From contig OZ245777.1 of the NCBI GenBank assembly GCA_965227775.1, forward strand, positions 640,001-704,000: DNA of 64,000 nucleotides. The letters run 5' to 3'. Position 1 is the stretch's first letter; each line of letters begins with the position of its first letter. A model generated the notes under the pieces. That model saw only the letters and a list, made by a program, of their open reading frames with translations. It did not search any database and was not told the DNA's origin. The position numbers and the translations under genes are program-made. This document shows positions 10,483 to 19,944 of the stretch, one piece after another. This stretch comes from Phycisphaerales bacterium. Lineage in GTDB: Bacteria > Planctomycetota > Phycisphaerae > Phycisphaerales > UBA1924.

Positions 10483-13427
10483 GCCGCCCCGCTTCTGATC
10501 GCGTGAAGGAGATCTTTCTCGATGTCCTGGAGTTGCCCGAAGAGGAGCGCGAAGCTGCCGTTGAGTTCGCGAGCGATGGAGATCAAGAAACGCATCGCGC
10601 TGTGATGGACTTGCTCAGGTCTCACTCGAACGCCGGCCGCTTTCTCCAAGTACGCGATCCGCACCCCCCTCCGCAACGCGTCGGGCGGTACACGCTTGGT
10701 GAGCGCATTGGAGAGGGCGCGTGGGGCACGGTCTGGCTTGCGCAGCAGGACGAGCCAACGCCGCGAACCGTGGCGATCAAGTTGCTCAGGCCGGAGCTCG
10801 GTCTCACTTTTGGCGGCATCGGCTCTGGCGAGGTCGGCACACGGTTCGATGTCGAGCAGCGTGTTCTGGCCAGGATGGAGCACCCCGGAATCGCCCGCTT
10901 GATCGAAGCGGGCGTCGAGACACTCGGCGGAGTCGGCGCGCAGCCATACCTCGTGATGGAGTTCATCGACGGGGTATCACTGACCTCGTATTGCGATGAG
11001 CAAAGGCTCGGCCTTCGGGATCGCGTGGAGCTACTCGCGCGCGTGTGCGACGCCGTGCACCATGCCCACACGAAGGGCGTGATCCACCGCGATCTCAAGC
11101 CGCGCAACGTGCTGGTTGCCGGGGAAGATCAACAAAAGCTTGCTCAGCCTCGCGTGATCGACTTTGGCATCGCCAAGTTGCTCGACCCCATCACCCACGA
11201 CGAGGGACTGACCCAAGCCGGTTTCATCGTGGGCACGCCGCAGTACATGTCCCCCGAGCAGTCCCTTGGCGATGTGGTTGATGCACGATCCGACATCTTC
11301 GCTCTGGGTGTCATGCTGTACGAGTTGCTCTGCGGCGCGACACCGTTGGATGCGTCGGAGTTTTCGGGTTCGACGCCCTCATCGGTCTGGACCCGCCGGC
11401 AAGAGCGCCCGCTTCCACAGTTGGTCTCAACCTTCGAGGGCTTGGATGCAGAGCGAAAGAACACCGTTGCTAGTGCGCGCGGTGTCCAGCCGGCAGGCCT
11501 GGCCTCGAAACTCCGAGGAGAGCTGGGGTGGATGTGTGGCAAAGCCTTGTCGATCGGGCCCGAGCGTCGCTACGCCTCAGCTGCGGCAATGGCCGACGAT
11601 CTGCGTCGCTGGCTCGCGTCTCGACCGGTAGAAGCGGCTCCGCCGAGTGCGTCGTATCAGATTGGCAAGTTTGCCTCCCGCCACAAGCCGGCCGTCGCGG
11701 CGGCTTTGATTGCAGTTTTCGTGTTGATCACAGGCTTGGCAACCACGAGCGCTGGCTTCTATCTCTCGGTGCAGAACGCGCGACTCGCTGACGATCGCGC
11801 GGAAGAGGCAGATCGCCAGCGCGCGATTGCAGAGGCCATTAGTGCGTTCCTGATTGACGACTTGCTGGCTGCGGCCGTTCCTTCGACTCGGGCGGGCGAA
11901 GGCCGGGATGTCTCGATGCGCGAGGTGCTCGAGGTTTCTGCTGAAGAGCTCGAGCGCGCGACCGCTCCCGGTGGACGCCTGGCTGCCGAACCGGAGGTCT
12001 CGGCAGCGCTCTGGCGTGCCCTCGGTCGCACGCACTCTCGGATCGACCAGCACGAACAAGCCTTCGAGGCGCTCGAACGGACGATCGAGCTGCGGACTGC
12101 CGCGCTGGGCGCCAAACACCTCGATACCCTGGCGGCCAGAGCCGAACTGGGCGAGTCCTACCTCATGGCCCAGCGGTTCGACGACGGCGAGGCGGAGCTG
12201 TCGGCAGTCGTCGACGCGCTTCGAGCACAAGTGGGCGAGGATGATCCGAGGCTCATCCGTGCCGAGGGCTGGCTGGCTGCGATCTACCGGAGATTGGGCA
12301 GACTGGATGAGGCACGAATGCTGTACCAGTCGGTGTTCGAGCGGTCACAACGCGTTCTCGGTGCCGATGACGCCTACACGCACGAAGTCGAGAACGGTCT
12401 CGCCCGAACGCTCAACGCGACTGGTGACGCCGACGCGGCAATCGACATTCTTCAGAGCCTCTTAGCACGTCAGCGTGCGCAGCGTTCCGCCAATCACGCC
12501 GTGACGCTCGTCACGCAACAGAACCTTGCCGGCGTGCTCGTCGAGAACAAACGCTTCGAAGAGGGCGAATCGCAGTTCGCGGACCTCGCCAGCCGGATGG
12601 ATGAGGTGTTCGGGCCTTCTCACCGCATCACCATTGGTGTCTGGGCCAACACCGCAACGCTCCGATCGCGCATCGGCCGCGAGAGCGAGGCGTTGGAAAT
12701 CGTTGTTCGCATCGGGCCGCTGGCACGGGACGCCCTCGGTGAATCAAATCCGGTAACCCTCTACATCGAGAGACTGGAGGGACAGATCGCTTCGAAGATG
12801 GGTGACTACGACCGTGCGCTCTCGGTCTTCGAGGGAATGCTGCCCAGGTACGAACAGCTGCATGGGCCAGAACACCCGTCCACGCTCATCTTGCTCAACG
12901 ACATGGGTCTTGCTCACATGGGCGCTGGCGACCCTGCTTCGGCGCAGCAAGCGTTCGCACGCGCGGTCGACGTTTATGACCGAACGCTCGTGGGCCATCA
13001 TCGCTTGCTCATCTCGGTCCGGCAGAACCTCGCAGAGGCCTGCATGGGCATTGGTGACTGGGAAGAGGCCCAGCGTCAGTACGGGCTGTTGGCTGAGGCA
13101 ACGAGCTTGGATCAGGGCCCCCAGGCCTATCTGCCAAGTGTGCTCTTCGCCCGCCAAGCGCTCGTCTTGGCGCTGGCAGGCGAGAGGTCCCATGCCCGAT
13201 CGGTTCTTGCCGGAATCGATGGTTCGTCCCTCGAAGGCGCCCAAGTGGCGGAGCTGCAAGCCATGACGGCGGTGGTCGAAGCGACCCTCCTTGAGGCGGA
13301 AGGACGGGGCAACGAGGCACTCTCGCTCGTGTCGGCGGCACTCGAGTCAATGGGCGAGTTCGAGGAGGACGACCCGATGCTCAAACATGCCAGAGCCCTT
13401 CGTGAACGCCTTAGCGGACAGAGCTGA
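10479..13427 (+). CDS. Hanks-type Ser/Thr protein kinase with TM helix and C-terminal TPR repeats
   Basis: GEGAWG, VAIK, HRDLKPRN, DFG, GTPQYMSPEQ, DIFALG; repeated LGxxHPxTL TPR-like units. Confidence 0.93.
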   Translation: MSRPASDRVKEIFLDVLELPEEEREAAVEFASDGDQETHRAVMDLLRSHSNAGRFLQVRDPHPPPQRVGRYTLGERIGEGAWGTVWLAQQDEPTPRTVAIKLLRPELGLTFGGIGSGEVGTRFDVEQRVLARMEHPGIARLIEAGVETLGGVGAQPYLVMEFIDGVSLTSYCDEQRLGLRDRVELLARVCDAVHHAHTKGVIHRDLKPRNVLVAGEDQQKLAQPRVIDFGIAKLLDPITHDEGLTQAGFIVGTPQYMSPEQSLGDVVDARSDIFALGVMLYELLCGATPLDASEFSGSTPSSVWTRRQERPLPQLVSTFEGLDAERKNTVASARGVQPAGLASKLRGELGWMCGKALSIGPERRYASAAAMADDLRRWLASRPVEAAPPSASYQIGKFASRHKPAVAAALIAVFVLITGLATTSAGFYLSVQNARLADDRAEEADRQRAIAEAISAFLIDDLLAAAVPSTRAGEGRDVSMREVLEVSAEELERATAPGGRLAAEPEVSAALWRALGRTHSRIDQHEQAFEALERTIELRTAALGAKHLDTLAARAELGESYLMAQRFDDGEAELSAVVDALRAQVGEDDPRLIRAEGWLAAIYRRLGRLDEARMLYQSVFERSQRVLGADDAYTHEVENGLARTLNATGDADAAIDILQSLLARQRAQRSANHAVTLVTQQNLAGVLVENKRFEEGESQFADLASRMDEVFGPSHRITIGVWANTATLRSRIGRESEALEIVVRIGPLARDALGESNPVTLYIERLEGQIASKMGDYDRALSVFEGMLPRYEQLHGPEHPSTLILLNDMGLAHMGAGDPASAQQAFARAVDVYDRTLVGHHRLLISVRQNLAEACMGIGDWEEAQRQYGLLAEATSLDQGPQAYLPSVLFARQALVLALAGERSHARSVLAGIDGSSLEGAQVAELQAMTAVVEATLLEAEGRGNEALSLVSAALESMGEFEEDDPMLKHARALRERLSGQS

Positions 13428-13540
13428 AGATTCTCAAGATTTTCGTGTCATGATGGGGCGCCCCTTGCCGCGACCTTGGTTGGAGGCGTGCGTGTTTGCA
13501 CGCCCATGTGCCAATCAACCAATCCACCGAGGTCCTCCCC

Positions 13541-16500
13541 ATGCCGATTCCCTGGGCCGATGCCGCATCCCGTCTCCTGATCATCCTGTCCACCGCGGGA
13601 TTTGCGGCCACTCCCGCTTCGGCTCAGGTCGAGATCGACCTGAGCGTGTCAGCGTTCGACCGCTTGCTGCCGCACCATGGCTTCGGCAACGAATCCATGA
13701 CCGTCTTTGGCGCTACCGAAGACGGACGTGACAAGCTGCTGCTCGTCCGCGTCTTCGAGCAGGGTGCCGCGTGCGAAACCGATGCCCCGCTGCGGGTCTA
13801 TCGACAAGAGACTGACGGAAGTTGGGCCATCGAGGCGGGGATCGATCCCGTGTTGTTCCAGCACCCGGTGGCCGCAGCCATCTCGGGCGACACATTGGTC
13901 ATCGGCGATGCGCCGGGATACCGATCCTGGGAAGGCCGCGCCCTCGTCTATCGCCGCATCGATCGGCAATGGGTGTTCGAGTCCGAACTGCGAGCTGTCG
14001 GGCCGGGCTTCTGGGACTTCTTCGGCGAATCGGTTGCCATCGACGGCGACACGATTGTCGTGGGCGCACCCAACTTCAACAGCGGTTCGACGGCGACCAA
14101 CCCCACCGACGGCGAGGGTGCTGTATTCGTCTACCGGCGGACCGGCTCGTCGTGGGATCTCGTCCGACGCTTTGAGAATCCAGCCCGCGACCCGATCGCC
14201 GGTGAGTTTGGAGCCGCGGTCGATGTCGTTGAAATGTGGCACGGTGCGGAGGTCGGCATCGGAGCTCCGGGCCTGATTGGAAGGGACGGACACCGCGGAC
14301 ACGTGTACCGCTACGTCGAGAGCGATGACTGGGGCGCGCGTGGCGGAAAGCACGGCCCCGTGAGCACCGAGGAGACCTTCGGCACCCAGATCGGCATGGG
14401 CACAACCGCCGCAGTGTTTGGTGGCACGGCGGCTGGAATGCTCATGGACACCAGCACGCACCTGTACGACGTCGATGTCCTATACGTGATCCAGGGCGGC
14501 TTAGTCGACCGCATGGATGCGCACTTCACGCGCGCGCTGCTGGGCTTCCCCGACGTTGACTCCGCGGGTTCGGATGCCGGCGCGTTTCAGATGTGGGACC
14601 GAGTAACTGCCGCAAGTGAGTATCGCGACTTCACGCCAACACTCACTTGGCAGCTGGACGCTGGTGACCGCCTGGGCGATCGCGTGGCCATCAGCAACGA
14701 CACCATTGCCGTTGCGGCCCCAGGCGACGACGACGCCGGCCACAATGCCGGGGTGGTGTACACCTGGGATAAGGATCGGTTCGGCGACTGGAGCGAGGGC
14801 GAGCGCATCTCGGTCGGATTCGCCACGCCCAACGGCCGGATGGGCACATCGATCGCCGCAACGACCGATCGGCTGTTCGTCGGCGTGCCCGGCGGCGAGC
14901 GCTGCGACAAGCCCGGCGGGATGGTGTTCACGTATACCAGCCAGGGACGGGACTGGCTGCCCGAGTCCCGCATCCAGGCCCCAGATGTCAGCGCAACCGC
15001 TGAATTCGGCGCAGCCGTCGATGTCGACGGCGTGTGGGCCGTCGTCGGCGCGCCCATGGATGGCGACCGACTCGAGGGCTCGGCTCACATCTACCAGAAC
15101 ATTGCAGGCGAGTGGATGCTTATGCGTTCGTTGCAGCCAGACGCTTCAGAGTCGGACACCGGATTTGGCGCCACCGTCGCGGTCGATGGAGAGTGGATGG
15201 TGGTCGCCGCACCAGATGGTCGAGGTGGATCCACCGAAGCGAGCGGTTTCGTAGAGATCTACAGGCAAGCTGGTGTCGATTGGACGCTGCATCGCCGCCT
15301 TACGGGCGACGATGCGCTCGCAGGGCGTGCCGAGATCGGCGCTGCCGTTGCCTTGGAGGGGGGGCGGCTGCTCATCGGTGCGCCCGGCGCGTGGGGGGAG
15401 GCGGGCGCGGTGCTGGCGCTCGAAGAGCCCTTCACCGGCGCCCCACAGGTGATCGAGGCCGACCTGGCACTCCCCGGCGATCGCCTCGGCCACGCCGTTG
15501 CGTTCGACGGAGATCATGCACTACTCGGCGCGCCCGGCACTGGGGCTGACGAAGGCATGATCTACACCACCAAGTTCGGCGGCGCGTGGAGCGCACCCGA
15601 GGAGATTCCAGGGCTTCCCGCCACGCCGGGGGCTCGCCTTGGCTCATCGGTCGACCTGCTGGGCCGGGCCGGCATCGCCGGTGCTCCCGGCGCAAACGCG
15701 GCATCGATGGTCTACCGCACCAGCGAAGGCTGGCAGTGGTTCAGTGATCGCCAGGGCAGCGACGATTCGCGATACGGCGAGCGCGTGCAGCTCGTCGGCG
15801 ACCTGATGCTGGTGTCGGCGCCCGAGGACGGCACTCTGACCGAGCGAGGCGGCTCGGTCGAGGTCGATCTATTCGATTACTCGTTCGAGGTTGTCGAGTG
15901 TCCCGACTCGGCCGACCCGCAGCCGATCGACACGATCATCAATCCCCTGTTCGGCAGATTCGACCTGATGGGCTACTCGATCGCCGTCTCGGGTGACGCT
16001 GCCGTGATCGGCGCACCGTACGCGGACATCGAGTACATCGATGTTCGCGGAACACCACGCATCGATCCAACCGGCGGGACTGCGTACGTCTATCGCCGCG
16101 TCGAACCATACCGATGGGAACGCGAGGCCGACCTGAACCGTCTCATCGGCTTCGAGCCAGCCAACGGGTGGTTTGGTTGGTCGGTTGACATGCTCGGAGA
16201 TCGCATCTTCGTAGGTGCGCCCGAGGCCGACACGCCCGCTTCTCCGCGGGGTGGAGCCTTCCTGTTCGAGCGCACGCTGGATGGCTGGCAGCGTGTGCAC
16301 AGCATGACGCCACGTGACGGCCTACCCGTCACACCATTCGGATACGCGGTGGGCATGAGCGAGCGCACCCTGGTCGCCGGGCAGCCCGAGATGTCTGTCG
16401 ACGGGGTGCAGTCGGGCGTGGTCTGGATCTCCGAGCGTGAAGGCCCGGTGTGGCTGACCCCGGACATGGTCTCACCATTGCAACCGCAGGACGGCGAGAA

Positions 16501-17320
16501 GTTTGGCCGCGCCATCGAGGTCACCGATCAGTGGCTCTTCGTGGGCGCACCCAACCACTCCGTCGGCGCCGATCAGTCAGCCGGCCGAGTCGTGATATTC
16601 CGCTGGACGGGCGACGTCTGGACCGAGCACCAGTCGCTCTTCGCACCGATGCCCGAGAGCCTCGATCGCTTCGGCACCGACATCGCCTGCTTCGGCGACA
16701 CCGTCGTCATCGGTGCGCCCTACGGGGATGGCATGGGCGTCACCAACTCCGGTGTCGGGCACGTCTTCGAGCTCGATGCGGCAACAAACCAGTGGACGCA
16801 CCGCCAGACGCTGGCTTCAGCCGACGTGAGTGGCGGGGACCACATCGGCTTCTCGGTAGCCGCGGGTGAGTTCACGATCGCGCTCGGTGGGTACGGGCTG
16901 GCCGATCCCACCACGGGCACACAGAGTGGCGCAGTAGCCGTCTTCAAGCCTGATGCTGCCGGCAACTGGACCGAGGCGGCCACCCACTACCCCGCGACCG
17001 GAAGCGATCTCGAACGCTTCGGCCACGACGTGGCACTCGAGGGCGGCAACCTCTGGGTCGCCTCGCCCTACGCCGATGATGACCCCGCCGGCATCGATCC
17101 CGTGTTCGACTCGGGCCGGGCGTACACCATCGACCTGGCGTGCCACACGGCGTGCCCGGTCGACCTGAGCGCCCCATTCGGCTCGCTGGACGTCTTCGAC
17201 TTCCTTGCGTTCCTCGACCTCTTCGACCGCGGCGACCCGGCCGCAGATCTCAACGGCGACGGAATCTTCGATACGTTCGACTTCTTGATGTTCCTCAACG
17301 GATTCACTGCCGGGTGCTGA
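13541..17320 (+). CDS. Secreted FG-GAP (integrin-alpha-like beta-propeller) repeat protein with C-terminal dockerin-like 'GC' domain
   Basis: Signal peptide ending PASA-Q; many FG.SVAI.G...VVGAP repeats; C-terminal CPVD...FDFLAF...DLNGDG...FDFL..F..GC. Confidence 0.88.
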   Translation: MPIPWADAASRLLIILSTAGFAATPASAQVEIDLSVSAFDRLLPHHGFGNESMTVFGATEDGRDKLLLVRVFEQGAACETDAPLRVYRQETDGSWAIEAGIDPVLFQHPVAAAISGDTLVIGDAPGYRSWEGRALVYRRIDRQWVFESELRAVGPGFWDFFGESVAIDGDTIVVGAPNFNSGSTATNPTDGEGAVFVYRRTGSSWDLVRRFENPARDPIAGEFGAAVDVVEMWHGAEVGIGAPGLIGRDGHRGHVYRYVESDDWGARGGKHGPVSTEETFGTQIGMGTTAAVFGGTAAGMLMDTSTHLYDVDVLYVIQGGLVDRMDAHFTRALLGFPDVDSAGSDAGAFQMWDRVTAASEYRDFTPTLTWQLDAGDRLGDRVAISNDTIAVAAPGDDDAGHNAGVVYTWDKDRFGDWSEGERISVGFATPNGRMGTSIAATTDRLFVGVPGGERCDKPGGMVFTYTSQGRDWLPESRIQAPDVSATAEFGAAVDVDGVWAVVGAPMDGDRLEGSAHIYQNIAGEWMLMRSLQPDASESDTGFGATVAVDGEWMVVAAPDGRGGSTEASGFVEIYRQAGVDWTLHRRLTGDDALAGRAEIGAAVALEGGRLLIGAPGAWGEAGAVLALEEPFTGAPQVIEADLALPGDRLGHAVAFDGDHALLGAPGTGADEGMIYTTKFGGAWSAPEEIPGLPATPGARLGSSVDLLGRAGIAGAPGANAASMVYRTSEGWQWFSDRQGSDDSRYGERVQLVGDLMLVSAPEDGTLTERGGSVEVDLFDYSFEVVECPDSADPQPIDTIINPLFGRFDLMGYSIAVSGDAAVIGAPYADIEYIDVRGTPRIDPTGGTAYVYRRVEPYRWEREADLNRLIGFEPANGWFGWSVDMLGDRIFVGAPEADTPASPRGGAFLFERTLDGWQRVHSMTPRDGLPVTPFGYAVGMSERTLVAGQPEMSVDGVQSGVVWISEREGPVWLTPDMVSPLQPQDGEKFGRAIEVTDQWLFVGAPNHSVGADQSAGRVVIFRWTGDVWTEHQSLFAPMPESLDRFGTDIACFGDTVVIGAPYGDGMGVTNSGVGHVFELDAATNQWTHRQTLASADVSGGDHIGFSVAAGEFTIALGGYGLADPTTGTQSGAVAVFKPDAAGNWTEAATHYPATGSDLERFGHDVALEGGNLWVASPYADDDPAGIDPVFDSGRAYTIDLACHTACPVDLSAPFGSLDVFDFLAFLDLFDRGDPAADLNGDGIFDTFDFLMFLNGFTAGC

Positions 17321-17340
17321 CTGCACCAGAGCTTGAACGA

Positions 17341-17371
17341 CAAGCAGTGCTCCCGATCGGAGAACTGCTTG
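17341..17371. terminator. Stem-loop, probable terminator, between the FG-GAP gene and the att repeat
   Basis: CAAGCAGT-G-CTCC cgatc GGAG-A-ACTGCTTG: 12 bp stem with one mismatch; no strong U-tract. Confidence 0.55.
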
Positions 17372-17388
17372 CTTTCGCCTCATTGCCG

Positions 17389-17411
17389 AATGGGCGGGCG
17401 GGGACTCGAAC
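17389..17411 (-). repeat. att-like direct repeat: exact 23-bp copy of the tRNA-Val 3' end
   Basis: AATGGGCGGGCGGGGACTCGAAC at 17389-17411 is identical to 33343-33365. Confidence 0.88.
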
Positions 17412-17828
17412 TCCTGGTAGATTCCCCGAGACAAACGCTCGGTCTGCGAGCAGGTGGCGCACGATCAGACGCATTCACTCCCGCGAAGACCGCCGTGGTG
17501 AGCTGGATGATGAGCACGCCCGAGGGCATGGGCTTGGGCTACGTGGGTGGTGCGGACGGGGGACAAGTTCGGATTTCCAAGTCACAGAGTCCATCTGACC
17601 GTCGAAGCACCATGCCTCGAATCGGACACCGAGCTGTCCGATTCGATGAGTTTGCCTCAGTTTCGAAGCGAGCGTGCAGTGCCACACGGCGTAGCCCAAC
17701 CATCCGACTCGCGATCTGAGTGCCCGATTGGACTTCGCGAAGTTCGCAGTAGCTCTCAACCAGCACGACCTGTTCTCCGATAGAGACGGCAGCAATTAAG
17801 CTAGCACGGAGTATGGCCCTATAACATC

Positions 17829-18827
17829 ATGAACATCCCTACACGAGCCAGTGTTCGCCAACAAGTGAACGTACCAGGATCTCTAGTACCGTTTGGTGCG
17901 TCCGACGCTCCGGGTGTTCGCGTCCAAGTCACAGACCTCTCGCCGGACGGGGCAGCACTGTCAGGAGACACTTTGGTCAGTGTGGGCACGAGCTGGACGT
18001 TGCACATTCACTCGACGGCCGGTGGCCCCGATCGGTCGGTCCCGGTCACCGTCCGTTGGAGTCGGACTGACGAGCACGGCTGTGCATGCGGAGTGGAATT
18101 CAGCGCCGAGCCTGAGAACTCTGCCACAGTCTCTCCGGATGAGGAAGCTCCGGCATCGAGCGAAGCGGTTTCACGCAGCGACACCGATGCCGACCAGCCC
18201 GGCGTCGTCGCAGCCGAACATCTAGATGTCAAATCGCTGCGCAGCGTCCAGGGAAAGGTCGATGGCAATGTGATATTTACGGCAGAGCTCGTTGATTGCT
18301 CGCTACAAGTGAACGGTAGCGTCGAGAGCGATTCTGGCACGATCCGAGGCGGGAACATTCGCGTCGGAAAGAACGTGCGGGTTGGGAAGCTGGGTGACCA
18401 TGAAGGCAGCCCGACCGAGCTCGTCTTAGGGAGCGTTCCCAGCGCTGAATCGATGCTGGCCTTGGTACCAGGCTATCTGAAGTCTGTTGACAGCCAGATG
18501 TCGAGCCTCAAAGCCGAACTCGCCGACCTCGAGGCAGACGTCGATTCGCTTGATCACTCCCAGAAAGAGCGGGCAACCGAGATCGCGTTTGAAATTCAGG
18601 AACTGCAAGCCAAACGCGATTCCATTGAAACCAAGAGGGAGCGCCTAGAAGCGGCGCTTCGATTGTCGGGGCCACCGCGATTAACTGTGCACGAGTCTGT
18701 GCACGCCGGCGTGACCATCCGATTCAGGGATCACGAGCTGGTGTGCGATGAGCACATGCCCGGGCCAGTATCGATCACGTTCGATGAAACGGCCGGCTTG
18801 GCATGGAGCACGCCCGCCGCAGCCTGA
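17829..18827 (+). CDS. PilZ-domain protein fused to a DUF342/FapA-like C-terminal region
   Basis: RASVR (RxxxR) and DLSPDG (DxSxxG); then GG.I...V..LG...T.L.LG, a coiled coil and V...VH.GV.I, resembling FapA. Confidence 0.65.
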   Translation: MNIPTRASVRQQVNVPGSLVPFGASDAPGVRVQVTDLSPDGAALSGDTLVSVGTSWTLHIHSTAGGPDRSVPVTVRWSRTDEHGCACGVEFSAEPENSATVSPDEEAPASSEAVSRSDTDADQPGVVAAEHLDVKSLRSVQGKVDGNVIFTAELVDCSLQVNGSVESDSGTIRGGNIRVGKNVRVGKLGDHEGSPTELVLGSVPSAESMLALVPGYLKSVDSQMSSLKAELADLEADVDSLDHSQKERATEIAFEIQELQAKRDSIETKRERLEAALRLSGPPRLTVHESVHAGVTIRFRDHELVCDEHMPGPVSITFDETAGLAWSTPAAA

Positions 18828-18878
18828 CCAAAGAGCGCCCGCTCTGTAGCACCTGCGATCTTCAAGACACGATAGAGA

Positions 18879-19253
18879 TCAAGCGGCGCCTTTGGTCCGG
18901 TCGATCGTCTGATTCACCTTCTCGCTGAGGCTTTCGGGAGTGAAGGGCTTCACAACGTAGTTGTTTACGCCTGCTTTGATCGCCTCAAGCACGTTGGTCT
19001 TCTCAGATTCAGTAGTTACCATGATCACCGGCGTTACCTTGTCCTTGGTTCGAAAGGCCTTGACAAACTCCAAGCCGTTCATGACAGGCATGTTCCAGTC
19101 AAGCAGGATCACGTCGGGCGCGAATGCATCGACAGTTTCCAGTGCTTCCTTTCCGTCAGCGGCCTCACCGACTTCGGTGTGACCCAGGCCCGCGAGCACG
19201 GACTTGATGATGTTGCGCATGGTTTTGGAGTCGTCGACAACGAAGAAACGCAT
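18879..19253 (-). CDS. cheY: CheY-like single-domain response regulator
   Basis: VVDDS, LDWNMP, MVTTE, NNYVVKPF. Confidence 0.9.
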   Translation of the reverse strand: MRFFVVDDSKTMRNIIKSVLAGLGHTEVGEAADGKEALETVDAFAPDVILLDWNMPVMNGLEFVKAFRTKDKVTPVIMVTTESEKTNVLEAIKAGVNNYVVKPFTPESLSEKVNQTIDRTKGAA

Positions 19254-19285
19254 GGTGGCCTCAACTTTTCGCTAATGGGTGGATG

Positions 19286-19765
19286 TCAACTGGCTGCGCG
19301 AACGTTTGTAGTGGCGCTCCGAACAGCCATGTCCACGTAGAACGTCCCAAACTCTGTCGAGCAAGGTACACAGATGCACTTGTCATCGCTTGCAATGGCC
19401 GGCTGGGTATCCGTGCCCGCTGATACGGAAGGTACGGACATCTTTACACGACCGTTGTTGAGCTTCGACTTGGCCGTGCCGGCGATTAGGTTAATGAGCT
19501 CGCCAAAAGCATCAGAGAAATCAGGCTCGCTGGCTTTGCATGTCTCACCGGAGAATCGCTTTACGATCGATTCTGCCATCGCAGCACTACTGGATAGCAC
19601 GACCACTCCGGTCATGTCTCCAGAGAGCTCAACGGCAGCGACGATCTCTTGACGCTCGATGCCGTCACGTACGAATGGCTCGTCAAATTCGACCTTGACG
19701 TGAACCATGGTACTGAAGACCACATGCACGGATTCGATCAATGATCGGATGTACTGCTCGGTCAT
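19286..19765 (-). CDS. cheX: CheX-family CheY-P phosphatase
   Basis: DAFGELINLIAG (ExxN) motif, SVPSV; adjacent to cheY. Confidence 0.82.
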   Translation of the reverse strand: MTEQYIRSLIESVHVVFSTMVHVKVEFDEPFVRDGIERQEIVAAVELSGDMTGVVVLSSSAAMAESIVKRFSGETCKASEPDFSDAFGELINLIAGTAKSKLNNGRVKMSVPSVSAGTDTQPAIASDDKCICVPCSTEFGTFYVDMAVRSATTNVRAAS

Positions 19766-19944
19766 AGAGACTCTGCTCCGTTGCTGGCGTCACTCGAATA
19801 TCGGCTCAGAAAGAGGTCAGAGCCAGCCCTCGTTCAATCAGCTTAACAATTGGGTGCGGCTACCCAATCATGCGCGATCCGCGACCTTCCGATACACACT
19901 GGAGCGGTCGGTCGCCGCGCACCGCACTGCTACCGGAGCAAGGC

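Noticed and set aside
17389..17470. A second complete tRNA gene
   Set aside because: Identity to tRNA-Val stops after 23 nt and no anticodon or D arm can be folded, so it is treated as an att remnant.
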